NCBI RefSeq assembly: GCF_026571515.1
Contig: NW_026855828.1
Coordinates: 248,001 to 312,000 of the forward strand
Reading direction: 5' to 3'
DNA from: Ruditapes philippinarum
Taxonomy: Eukaryota
DNA: 64,000 bases
Each line of letters starts with the position of its first letter. The stretch's first letter is position 1. The notes beneath the pieces were generated by a model. It saw nothing but the letters and a program-made list of their open reading frames with translations. It ran no database searches and was not told the origin of the DNA. Of the stretch, positions 1 through 13,500 are shown piece after piece. The translations under genes were made by a program, and so were the position numbers.

Positions 1-629
1 GCGGCCCCCCAACCAAAAGATACATCAGGGGGTTGCCAGAAGGGGGATGTGCCCCCTTCTGTTTGGGGGGGATTGAAGGGGGCGGAGTCCCCCTCATCGC
101 CAAGAAAATTTTGGACTTGTGAGAGGCTGTAAATAACCCCAGATTGATCATAAGGTAACGTGTAACCAACGCTGAAAAGCATTTGACTCTATCTCAATCC
201 ATTGAGAAATTGCAGCACTTTGAAATCAATTTTGATGGAAAAAATCAACGCAAAATAGTGATTTTTGGCAATTTTGAGATGTCCCCTCGTTGCCATGGTA
301 ACAGAAAATTTAAGCCTGAGCATGTTGTTGCAAGGGCAATGGTCCAGTCAACATTTGTGCCAAGTTTGATTAGTGTTGAAGCAGTTTTTATAGTATTATA
401 GCAATTTGAACTTGTAACGGGAGACTTTTCAATGAAAACAGCCATTTTTCACAAAATGCTCATGAAGTAATGGGTTAAAAAATTTTAGTGTGCAGAGGTT
501 GGTGTATTATATAAAAGAATATATTTGTTGAATTAATATCTATTCATATTATTATTACAAAATGGACTCTACACAAAGTATATTTACACTGAACAAAACG
601 TTTAAATGGTGACTGGAATTTTTAAAAGA

Positions 630-1124
630 TTTTATTTCTAGCTCTTGCGGCAATTTGATCAGCAGACCGGAACCATCTAAGCAACTTTTTATAGAGGCCA
701 ATCCAACGACCATTTATGTATAAATTCATCAAAATCGACCCAAGAAGAAATGTTGTTTAAAGTACTTTCCTTTTTAGCTATGGCAGCCATTTTGTTCAGC
801 AGAAGAACCATTTGGGCAATTTTTATAGAAAACCATTCAAGGTTTATTCCTGTATAGTTTCATCAAAATTTACATGACAGTTAAGGAGATGTGGTTTAAA
901 GGTTTTTTTTCTTCTTTTTTTTAAACTCTCGCAGCCATTTTATTCAGTACACTGGTACAATTTTAGAAACTTTAGTAAAGGACTGCCTAATGATCATTTA
1001 CCAAAATCTATGGGCAGTCAACAACAAAATGTCACACATAAATTATATGACACTTTTTTTTGCCTGACACCTGTGTAATTACAACAGCTCACCTTGAGCA
1101 CATTGTGATCAGGTGAGCTAAAAA
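630..1124 (-). mobile_element. Degenerate HINE (non-autonomous Helentron-like)
   Basis: Terminal palindrome AGCTCACCT...AGGTGAGCT followed by AAAAA at 1086-1124. Internal degenerate tandem units. The left boundary is approximate. Confidence 0.55.
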
Positions 1125-1587
1125 GCTAGTTTATACAATATGCATTACCTTATAATTCTATGCATGTACGAATATATAAAATGAAAAGTTTCATGTCCGC
1201 AATTTTTGCTATACAAGAAGCAGGATATGTATAAGTGACCTCACACTTACTTCGAGCATGCCATATGGTAGCAAACTTGCAAAAAATCAAATGCATTAAA
1301 ACAGGCTGTCATACTTACACTCATGTATTTCAGCATGGTAAGTTTACTAAGTTGATGTTATTTTGAAATCTACAAAAATGTGCCAGCATTATTTGACTGT
1401 AAATTATATTCAAATATGAAACATGTGACAGTTGCATTTTCAAAATTATCTTCCAAAAGGCCTACCTTTTACCACAAGATATTAACATGATAAGTTTTAC
1501 AATGCTGGAAGCAATTATTAACTCATCAAAATGGTGATTTTTAAATGTAAACAGTTGACTGAGAGCAGAGCTGACTGAAATACTTGC

Positions 1588-4500
1588 CTTGTTTGACCAT
1601 TGTCCAACTCTATCATGTGACACATTGACACGAGATAAGTTAAATTCTCTCCTCTTATTCTGTAAAGCCTGTAACCAGTACATCATGTTGTGACGGTTCC
1701 CTGCATCCAACAAAATCTCCTTACCATCAGATCTATAACATAACCAGTCAATATTCATTTCAATTTAAACATAATAATACAGTTTTCATTTTTTTATCTA
1801 CATGTATATTAAATTAAGTGTTACTTTTACACGTTTTATCAGGGAGGAGGGTAAGCTAAAGTGTATAAAGCTATATGGTTGCTGTAAAAAGTATTTTTCA
1901 TATGAATACTTCAAAAATGCTAGTATGAAAAAAATATATGGAAGTATATATGGAAGTATATAATAATATTGTCAGATGAATGAATGGTATGTGCATGAAA
2001 TCTTTGTTAAACAGTTAAAATCCAACTTACAGACTAACAGCATTATATTTTGTATCGGAACATTTTATTCTGTTTATGTACAATATTCATGTATGTTATA
2101 TGACAAGAGACATTTTTATATATGATTCTATATCACAATTCTTCCTATAATCCACTATAAGATAAATAGAAACAGTATAATTTTACTGTTGATAAATTTC
2201 TATCTAATATTTCATAAGATCTTTAAACCCTTTAATATACTTCTATGACTTTGGAGATTAAAAAAAAAGAATTAACTTGTTACTGTATATAATAAGAGTT
2301 ATGAACGTAAATTTCTTTTTTCATTTTGCCCCTCCATGATAATATTTTTTTACTTAATTTCAAATGCTAAATTCTTACTTATTTTCAAATGTGTAATCTT
2401 TAAATTCTTGATAAAAACTGTTCAAATATGTTATATTATTTTTCTTATTATTCTTTCATGCAATAAAACCATTAATAAGTATAAAACAAATAAAAGTCAA
2501 CATTATAATTATGTAAAAAATCCTCTTATAGCTTGTTCATAGAGTCCGGAGATAATCCCTTTTATCAGGACAAAGTGAAATAAAATGTTATCAGAAATTC
2601 TTAATCCATTGGTTTATATAAAAATTTCTTTTTGAGGTATTTTCATTTTTAACTTTGGTAACTCATCAATAGAATTTGATGAAACTGAAGTATTGTTTGT
2701 TTTGCATAGAACTTCTTTTATATTCTTGGAAGTAGTTTCATAAATTACTCATAGATGAATAAAACTTTGAAGATTTCATCATGCAGATAAAACAGGACTT
2801 TAATTACATCCTTCAAAACTGAAAATAATAGCTTATGAAAGGAAGCTGCCCATTTAAAAGTTGCAGATAACAATGTCAAGTTATCATACATGTATTATAC
2901 AATAATTTCCTGCTTTATCAAAGCTGATCTACTTCATCTGTAAATAAATAACATTATCTTAAATTCAATAAGAGCCCAAAAACATGTTTGCTTTTGTTTT
3001 TTTACAACATGTAGTCCTTTATTTTGCTTTAAATACTCAATTTTCATTGCGTTTAAATCTTGTTTTTTTGTGGAAAAATATAACCATGGTTAATCAATCA
3101 CATCAAACTATGTATATAAAAATATGCCTAATTTTTGGTCTGAAATACAATAATTCAACTCTTGTAAATATTACAGTTAAAAACTGTTTACTAGCTTGGG
3201 GAGAGAATATGTAAGCAACAAGAAGCTTAGATGGTACAGCCATGGTACAGTATTTTAAGGTATTCAGGTTTAAGTTCCAGTTATGCTAATTCACTGTCAG
3301 ATTAAACATATTTATTCAACACAAGTTAACAATATTCATACAGTGCAATACATGTTTAAATTGGGCAGAAAGCTATTTAAGCTTATGAGTGTCCTCTCTC
3401 AATACACACATAATAAATGTACCCATCATAACTCAGTATGTATGAAGAACCCTAGATTCACAAGTTTGGGTTTGGCATGACATTAGCGATAAAAGTTTAA
3501 CATTTCATTGAAGGCAATGAGGTAGAACACTTGTTTTATAAAGCAGACAGAATATGTTAGTCTAAAAAGTTCAAACTAAGAGAAATTATATAAAAGGGTG
3601 ACTGTCAGTTCTCTTCAAGATCATAATGTATTATTGTTGATTTGATGGAGTGCATTCAAAGTTACAAAAATACAGGTAATGAAGAAATTACTTTATTTGG
3701 AAAAGTCCTTGTTTATCCCTGTTTCCAGCATCAAAGTAAAAGGAAGCTGTTCCTATATTGATCTCTCCAAGAGGAACCAAATCTTGCGGTTCTCTAAAAT
3801 AAAAAACACAAATATTAAAATAATGACATCCTAATTAATCTTCTAAATGTTAGCTCAAACATTAACTAATCTATGCAATAGTATAAAGTGAAGCTAGCTT
3901 GCACATCAATGCAATCTGTTGTGATTCTACATGTATGTTTTTTTTGGTAGTGTTTGACATTGCACCAACACTGTAACGGTCTTATGGCAACTTTTGAGCT
4001 TTTGTGGCGGAGGAATACATCAGGTCATCCATGCATTATTTCAGGCACAAACAGGCAGCTGAATAGAAACCACTGATGTTCCGTAAGCTAGCAGGATCTA
4101 AGCCTCCTCACATGAAATAATCCAATGTCCCTGATAGGATTCGAACCCACAGCAGTGAGGTGCAAGTGGTTTGAAGTCAATGACCTTAACCACTCAGCCA
4201 ACAACTCTATCTGGTAGTCATCTCAACTTGTTCAATATTATCAATAATTCACTACTTGCAAATTGTAAGCAAGGCATTATTTAGATTTATAATTTTTTAC
4301 ATTAGGTTTTATCATTTTTTGTTATTTTTATAAATGTAACAAAATTTGAAAAGTTCATAAGGATCTTACACTGGCTACCAGTACAGGCCAGAATATCTAG
4401 CTCGAGAGTGTAATACAGGTTTTTCTAGCACCAGTGTAGACAATAGATAATCCTGTCTGATATGTTAGAAAATCCTAAGATTCATTTAATATGCCCTAGT

Positions 4501-7459
4501 CCAAAATATTAAAGAAATACACATGTTGCTTTACCAACTAAATGTAAAGTTATATTTTGTTCTTGTTTGTTTTCGTGAAGAATACTTTTTAGAATGGTTT
4601 TCTTTCAGGATTTTTTCTTTAAAAAAAGTCAAAGAAATTTACTTCACACTTGAAATACAAAATGAGGGCCAATTTCAAAGGGCTGATAATCCTGAAATTC
4701 ACTGCACATTTATTCCCCTTTGATATAAGCAGCAACTAAAAATGACCTGTTTGATCAAAATTAGCACCTCAATAATGTATTGATAAAAAAACACTCAAAA
4801 ACTACTACAAAGGTCATGGCTTTTATGTTATAATTAGTTATCTTAGATTCTTATTAATATCAGTGAAACCTAACCCAGACACATTAGATCTCCGTACTTA
4901 ATATATATATTTCTTAGTACAGAAAGTTTTCTTAATTATGAGGATGATTATCGCATGTAAGGTTGTCCAACTAAGGTATATTAAAACCTGTACAAAATAT
5001 GATAAAATTATAAAATTATATTTGTTCTCTCCACTATAGCTGTTATCAGGAACTCAGAAAATGAGTGTTTTTTTTTTTATCTAATATTAGTAATAACAGG
5101 GTGCAAACAAACTTCTGTTGTTATATCTTCATGTTGCTTTACTGTTTGTAAAAGTTTGTTTGTACCCCGAATGAGAGAGAAACCAACATTTGCTGACTTT
5201 CGATGTATTATAAGTTATTATTTACAATAAGAAACATGATGTATTATAAGTTATTATTTACAATAAGAAACATGAGTTCTTGATTATGAAATCATAATTG
5301 AGATTCTGGGACATGTGCCTCCTCAAACATTTGCCCTCTTTTTTTGTTGTGGCAGACATAATTTTGTCCCCTCATATGCATTTGCCCTCCTAAAATAACG
5401 AAGGGTGGTCATTTGCCCCCATGTTTAAAATTTTTAAGCACAGCTATAGACTACACATGTATATTTAAAAAGAAATCAAATAAAAAACAATTGAAAAATA
5501 TATAGAATTCTGTAACTATCAATAAAATTTTTTAAGTTTCAATTCGAGTTGGGTGCCATTATTTTTAATGTAACTCAAGGATAAACACCATGGTATTCCT
5601 TTAACAGAACAATCGCAACTTTTTGGCTTAAAAATAATCACCAAGGAGTTCAGATTTGTCTACTTTCATATTATCTTTGCAATTTGTTCCATTTATTTTT
5701 ACTGTTTTCTTTTAAGGTTTTGCCTAGTATATGAACATAATAATAAATAAATTAGCGGTTTCAACAGTGATCTTAAACGTATGTCAGTTCAATTTTACTC
5801 ATAATCATTAACCTTTAATGTTTATAATATCATTATGCATGAATTAAGATTGTAAAATAATACTTAAAATGTTATTTAAACAGTAAAAGAATGGTAAATT
5901 GATAAAAGAAACTAGGAAATTATACCATCAAGCTTTACTTTGTGTTTGCTCAAAATTCATTCTATATTTTTTACAGTAAATTTAACACATAGGGCAAAAT
6001 TTAATGTCAGCCCTTCAAAATTTTAGGGGTCAAATGTCCGCCCTTCAAAAAGATGAAAGGGCAAATGCCCCCCTTGACATCAAAGGGGGGGGGGGGCAAA
6101 TGCACAGAGGATAACTGTCAGAGGGGGCATCGAGGTTTTTCCATGTCTGAATTATCACACAACTTTAGTACTTTATGTACTATCCTGTACATTACAATGC
6201 TTTTTTAAACAATTTAAAATCAAATCTACCAGGATTGTTTTTAAATGAATTGGTATTTAAATTTAATAGTATTCACATACATATTTTCACAAATCATCTT
6301 GTAAACCAATATGAACATTTCCTGTTTTAACATTATAAAAGTGCCAAAACGTCTCACTGAAACGGACCGGAACAATCTTGTGGACAATTTCTGCACTTAT
6401 GCCGATTGGGTTCAGCCTGAAATGTTATGTGTGCTCAACATCACTAATTCCGCGTCATCACTTATCTCGCAGTAATGGCATATTTTCATGTGACCAGTGT
6501 TAAAATTGGTCAGACTTGACATATTTCATTCAAACACCTTAACAACAAAGTTTTTGTGCAAAATAGTTTAAATCTATATATTTTTACGTAAAACTGAACA
6601 ACATTTTACAAACTTCTGCAAAAAAACAACAATAGTCCATTAAATTTGTGCATACGTCTGAAACAATCATCAATTTCTAAATGTTCTTGTTTGTTGAAAA
6701 AATAAATTTTGATATACAATGTAAAGATACTTTTAATATTTAAAATTATGCAAAATAACATAAAATTTTTTTAACTGAAACATGAAACAACTGAAATAAA
6801 ACACCTTTACCGCGAGTTAAATGATGACATACTATTTTCAAAATGGCTGACACACGGTCTTCATCTGACAAATTAAAACTAATTTTGATTGAATATATTG
6901 CTGTTTCCTTGTGTCATATAGCAGAAAAATATAACTAAATGATACAGTTTATGGCACTTTTTGTAGTGTAAGTTTATTGTTTGTGTTCTTTACTGTTTTA
7001 AAGTGTTAAGTACCGTGAACTAAGAGGAGCACAGTATACTGTATGCAATTGACTTAGGATCAAATACATATATATTTTTTTTAGAAATCATCACTGTACA
7101 ATGAACAACTTGATGCCAATTTTTTTATTTTTGAACAAAATAACTAATTACCTGTATATATACAACTTGCAATTTTCATCACCAAACTGAAACCATCTTA
7201 ACCTCGTTGTTTTCAGGTTACCTATTCCTCTAGCACGTTGATGCAGCCATCCACATAATCTCTCTTCCGGGTTTTTGGATTCTTTCGTTTCATTATCCTT
7301 CGTATTTTCTTCATTATCATTGCTACACGATGTGCTATCACTAGTCTTGCTGTCTATTTCAACCGTATTTTCTTCTTGTTGAGTGATGTCAACATCATCT
7401 TTTAGCTCTAGTTGTTCAATTCTGTCTGTTATTTCAAGATTATCTCCTCCCTCCTCCAT
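1588..7459 (-). CDS. TBC1D2: TBC1 domain family member 2/2B-like Rab-GAP, N-terminal PH-domain exons; partial, gene continues off the left edge
   Basis: Exons 7459-7152, 3793-3692 and 1732-1588 splice in frame: ...RLCGWLHQRARGIGNLKTTRLRWFQFGDENCKLYIYR|EPQDLVPLGEINIGTASFYFDAG...LFQIK|SDGKEILLDAGNRHNMMYWLQALQNKRREF. This matches the TBC1D2/2B PH domain (LCGYL...RWF...YWLQ.LQ.KR). The exon 3 donor is inferred as AAG|GCAAGT. Confidence 0.85.
3940..4200 (-). mobile_element. tRNA-derived SINE
   Basis: The reverse strand reads GGCTGAGTGGTTAAGG (A box) ... GGGTTCGAATCC (B box), followed by a non-tRNA body and an A-rich tail. Confidence 0.7.
5305..6130. mobile_element. Old foldback-like MITE with subterminal CATTTGCCC repeats
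   Basis: Several (CA)TTTGCCC(T) motifs on the left and inverted GGGCAAAT(G) motifs on the right. Ends are eroded. Confidence 0.45.
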
Positions 7460-7582
7460 TATTGTTTACATCTTCAGAAAGCTAAATTCACGACAGACAA
7501 ATATAACGCACCGCTTTTTCTAAGGGAAATCACTCTAAAGTAAAAAATTGACAAACAGTTGCGTGAGAAAAAATTGAAGAAA
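7460..7582. promoter_or_regulatory. Compact bidirectional promoter of TBC1D2/EIF2B2
   Basis: The two divergent ATGs are 123 bp apart. The region is locally CpG-richer than its flanks. Confidence 0.7.
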
Positions 7583-10500
7583 ATGCCTGCTGACACAGAT
7601 AAGAGGGACCAAGACCTTTATGAAAGGATTGAGACATTCATAGATGATTTAAAACAAGGGTGATAATTTACCTCCAATTGATAAAGGACTTAAAGTTAAC
7701 ATATGGAAAGGTGGGTGGGGTAAAACTCAATACCCAATGGCATAGGAACTTGGTTTCAAGTCAGTTGTTATGGCAGCTGTTGTTATAACTGATATTGGTG
7801 ATTTGCCATATATCTGATTATCCTAAGCCATCGGGTAGCTCAATAGGGAGAGTGTTGGGCTGTGATTCGGGCGACCCTTGTTCGATTCCTGGATAGTGCA
7901 GGTCACTTTCCTTGTAATTGATGATCATTGATCATGAAATCTTTTCTACGGTCATTGCCCCTATACCCCTGGTCTAGCATGTAAAGAAGTTTGAGTTCCT
8001 TGCGAAAGTGGAGCATCTTCTATGGAATAAGGCTAAGCCTATGAATGGGGAAGTCAGTAAAAAAAATTGTTCATTAAAGGTGTCATTCTGTATATCATGC
8101 ACTGCTTCCCTTTTTCACTTGGAACGCTCGAAGATAAACATAAATCCAAAAAGTTGCGATTGTTTTGTTATTGGAATACCCAGCTTAGTATTGTTGTATC
8201 ACATTGAAAATGGTGGCGCCATACTAGAACTGACTCTGAAAATATCATTGTTGGTATAGAATTCTATATTATAGGGCTAGCAAATTCTTTGAGCCATTTT
8301 TTCGTGGCGAAAATTGGCTGTCTGTATTTTATTTTCAAATCAAGCAATGGTTTGGCATGAGATATTTAGAAAACATAAACTATATCCAACTTTATTTTGG
8401 TAGCTACATTTTTATCAAATTAACAATCTTGCATATATAATTTACAGTCAGTAATCATAAAAGTTAGAGGTCAGTAATTATATAACATTTGCCAAAAGTT
8501 AGGCATCAAGGTTCCCTTTAAAGCATGACAATAAGGTCAATCTTATTTTTTTTTTCAAGAATACTCTGTAAAGCTTCAAATGTCAAATAAATTCCTTCTC
8601 AATTTTATGTTTTTGGAGCCATAATTAGGTTAGATTTTATTGACAATAATCCCCCCTCCCCAAAAAAAACCAACTCATAATTTCTTTGATCTGTTTATCA
8701 ACAACAATTAAATTTACTGGTCAAGTCGCCAACTGCAGTACATAATTTGTCGCTATTTCATACACAACTGCTGATTTGATTAGCGATAATCTTGAGATGC
8801 CGCTAGTTATTGTTTCATATTGAATATTATGTGCATATTCTACAATCTGCCAGGTATTTTCACACCAATTAGTGTCATAAACATATAAAACATACCATTA
8901 GGTCAATGTATTAGACTGTGTTACTGTTCATGTCAATATTTCATTCAGAAGGGAAGTTACAAATATAAACCAGTCAATGACCCACAAGAAAGTAGACTGT
9001 GTCGCTGTGTTTTGAAAAAGTGATAAAACGGAAGTCATAGATGGAAAACCAAATTTGTACTTTTCCATTCTTAAAATAGAAAATGCTAAATTTAGACTGG
9101 AGATTCCAAAAGTCATACTTTTCGTAAGTTTGAGCCAATCGTGATTTTCATGAGCCATTTTAATTATTTTGGAGCCAATTTTCTTTCAAATATACACATG
9201 TAATCTAAAGTCGGGCAAGCCATAGCCCTAGCCCTCTTTCCGGTCCTGGCCTTTGACTTCCCTGTATTACTTGTTAAGTGCTTGACAGCTTGCCCAGGAA
9301 CGATGTGGTGGCTGAACTGCTCTGGTAAATTCAATGTTGGTTACTGCCAAGATCTAGAGTAAAAACTTCCAACACCACCACTCTGATTACCCCCTAAATA
9401 CATTAAAGATTGCCTTTTGATATTTTTAATTCTTGGAAAAGCAACATAAACAATGACAAGCAAATACGACAAGTAAACTTGTAGAGTCATACAGCAGGTT
9501 CTGTCTCTTATATGTATATGCATTATTTTCATCACCGTGACTTCCCATAAATTTATGACCAAAAAAATGTCTAGTATAAACGATGCATAGAAAAGCCCGG
9601 AAAAAAGTAAAAACACTTCAAAATATTAAGAGGATATTTTTTTGTTTGAGTGAAATATGGACGTTGAGTGAAAATATGTGGCATTTTATCATGTTGAGTG
9701 AAAAGTATATCATATTTCACGAAAAATGAAAAAATAACCTTTTTATTTAAGAAATTGTTTTGTTTCAATAAAAGTTAATGAACTTTTAGATATTGAATTT
9801 ATTTAACAAATACATAAATTGTATGTATTGTTGATATCTGTTGTGCATTTGGGTGCAAGAGGTAAAGAATTGTGCATTCATTTTACGGGTATATTGATGC
9901 AGGCATCTGATCTACTATTATATTAACCATTATTGTTCATGTACACACTAAGTATAAACAGAATTCAGCAATGTCACTATTTGTTCTGTAAAACCTAAGA
10001 ATTTGAGTTTAAATGTTTTCAATGTTCTGATCTAAATGTTTTGCAATTATCAGATTTATGTAAAGATGTATATATTGTTTTTTTGCAGTACAATACAAGG
10101 TTCATTCAATGTTGCATATAAGACAGTGTCTCTGATGGTGAGAATTATATCACAGACAAAATGGATGAATGCAAAGTAAGTAGTCATCATTATTTGGAAG
10201 ATAGCAATATGTTAGCATGATAGTGATCAGTACTTAAATGATTTGAGCCGCATCACGACAAAACCGCACAGTCTGATCAGGATCCATGCTGTTCGCTTAG
10301 AAACCCTATTACAAGTAAAGAAAATGATAGCGAACAGCATGGATCCTGATCAGACTGTGCAGGTGCGCTGGCTGGTCTGGATCCATGCTGGTCGCAAACG
10401 CATTACGTTGGTTTTGTCATGGCGCGGCTCAAATATTCATATTGTCCTTAAGTTCTAATGAATCATTATAAAAATGAATTGCATATGCCTGTTGATATTT

Positions 10501-13500
10501 AATGATATGTCATAATATTGCCATGGCTATTTTATTTAAGTGCATTTAGTTACAACATTGTTACACATATCACTTTAAGTATAATTATGATTATACTATT
10601 TCATTAAGTTTATTTTTGTACTAAAATGCCATCACATTTCCACTATCCAGTGTTAAGATTATCTCTATATTATGATATCAATATTAAAAGTAAAAATAAA
10701 TATTAAAAAATAGCTTTTATTAAATGTAATATTTTTAGCTCACCTGTCACAAAGTGACAGGGTGAGCTTTTGTGATCGCTTTTCGTCCGCCGTCCGTCGT
10801 CCGTCCGTCCGTAAACTTTTACTTTAAATGACATCTCCTCATAAACCACTAAGCCAATTTCATCCAAACTTCACAGGAATGTTCCTTTGGTGGTCGTAGT
10901 AAAAACTTAAAAATCTTCTTTTAAAAAACCCAATGAGCTAGAGCTTAGATGTTTAGCATGAAATATCTTCTTATGGATGTCTACCAAGTTTGTTCAAATA
11001 AAAGCCCTTGGGTGAAAATTGGCCCTGCCGGAGGGGGAGGGGGTGAGATCATTGTTTTTCATTACATGTGTGTAGTAAAAACTTAACATTGTGAAACATC
11101 TTCTAATGAGTGTCTTCCAAGTTTGTTCAAATAAAAGCCCTGGGGTTTAAACTGGCCCCGCTCCTGGGGCCTATATACAGGTGAGCGACCTCAGGGCCAT
11201 CATGGCCCTCTTGTTTGTTGTTCTTATCTTACATAGATAAATAAATTATTTTGTAGAGAACTGATGGATATAGTAAAGACAGAGGGACAGAAAATGATGG
11301 CTGCCCAACCGTCTGAGTCTGCCATAGGTAACATGGTGCGTAGAGTACTCAAAATCATCAGGGAGGAATATGCTAGGTTTGTCAATTTCTTTTAAGATTT
11401 CTTACATTTTATATCATACCTGAGTTTATATTGAAAAGCCAATCTAAAGACAATTTTTGTTTACTATTATATGAAGCTCAGTTGTTAGTTCTTTATCAGT
11501 TATACTAGAGGGTACAATTGTTCAGAATCACTCTATAATGGATTTTTAGTTTGCCCCTCTCCAAGTCTTTCTTCCAGTCAATCCTTTACATTTATTGGGA
11601 TTTGCAAAAATGAATCCCCAAGATGAAGTATTTTACCAGTTCTTCTTATCTTCCATAGGTGGTACAGTAGCATTAATCTTTGCATTGCATAAGAAAGTTA
11701 GATATATATGTAGGATTATCTTGCAGCTTTATCACTTACTGTAAATGAAATAATTCTGTTTCAGTGGTCTAAAGGGCAAATCTGAAGAAGGTGATCCACA
11801 AGAATCTTTACATGTAACTATCTTAATTCTTACTTATCTGTTTTATTTATTTGTACTCCAAATATTGTTAAAGGTTTTCCTTGGTATAAGATGTTATTTC
11901 TGTTTTGAGCTGAATGTAGATTGTCACATAATTACACAACACATCTGAAATACATGTGTTACAAAAGGTGGCACCATGGCAGAGTGATTAACATATCAGT
12001 TTAGGATCAATATCCATGTAGGTTATCACCCATCAGGCCATTGTTTCCTTGAGCAAGAAACTTTACCCTCCTTTCTTAGTACTAGAAGTTGGCTCCAGGA
12101 ACAAGATTGGAAAGTGTGACTATAAGCTTAAAGCTCCCTACACAATCAAACTAAAATAAATTCTGTACAAGCTAAATATTACAATTTATCCATACAGTAT
12201 GATCAGATTAGTATTTTGAAAAAAGATATTTAGCCCTCGAGTCAAGATCAGTTACTGTCTTGTTGAAAGTTATTGATTAAAACTATTTATTGAGATATGA
12301 AGAATCCTTGTATATTAATGTTTATAAGTATGCATATTAAAACTAAGTTACATATTTTTATTTGTAGAAATTATTAACAGCGGAGGGTCAGATTGATGAC
12401 TTTACATTACCTGTGCGAGACCTTAAAGCCACTGTCATAGAGGCAACCACAGAACTCAAAACTGAACTTGAAACGAGGTTAGTCAGGAATATGTCATACA
12501 CTTTTCTCAAAATAGAGTGACATTATTTAAATTAAATTAAGAATTTGGAACCATGTTAGGTGAATGTAACTGTATAAATATGAAGATTTTGTTGTTGTTA
12601 TTGTTGGTTTATATTTAATGTCAAAGACATGCATGTTTATTAGTAAGTAAGTAAGTAAGTAACAACTTTATTTAATGAGGCTAACACTTTCAGTTTCCCG
12701 ATATTCCATGCGGGCTTTAAACAAACAAACCCAAAACTTATGTAATAAAAAGGAATTCAAACATGATCTAGTGTTATGCATTGTAAACAACCAAATTTGC
12801 ATATTGATGAATTTGAATGTTGGAATTTAAATAGAATAATTGTTAAACAATAAATGTATGTTGGCTTTATGATACATCAATTTTTTAGGGCTGCCAAGTA
12901 TGAGAAATTATTTTTAATACAGAAACATTCACATTCTCACAATTAACAGTTCAAAAGTGACAAATTGATTGACATCAAATATTGAAAATATATGTTGGCT
13001 ATAGATTACAGTAAAATGTTTCAAGTGAGCTTTGAAAAGGATATGTACTTTTCTGGCTCTTCCTAGCATTTTCTGTTTACATTATTGTTTTAAATAATGT
13101 ATATTGTATTACATTGTTTCAGTGGTGATAATATTGCTACACAATCTCTTGAACACATCCATTCTAATGAAGTTATAATGACTGCAGGAAAATCTAAAAC
13201 TGTTGAATCATTTTTAAAGGTATGAAATTACTTAATTGATTTATTGATTGATGCAGCTTTTCTCTGTAGTGCTGTGTGTTAATTAATTAATCTTGTTTTG
13301 TTATTGATTCAAGTCTATGATGCACAATTCTACCACCATTGCTTAATTTATCTTTTTCTTTTCTTTAACTCTTACCATGATTAATAAAAAAAAGAATTGT
13401 CCACCTTTCAATTTGAACAACACTATTCACCTTTTTGGGCAGAAATTTAAAAATATGTACTGACTAAAAAGTGAAAAGTGCTGGCCTAGATAGAATAAGT

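Noticed and set aside
4130-4200. tRNA-like sequences (also near 7826, 14400, 28100 and 46140)
   Set aside because: A and B boxes are present but there is no intact cloverleaf, and each continues into a SINE body.
8074-9256. Kolobok-like (TTAA-AGG) and hAT-like (TAGGGCTA) ends in EIF2B2 intron 1
   Set aside because: The candidate ends overlap without clean nesting and no TSD could be confirmed, so boundaries were not called.
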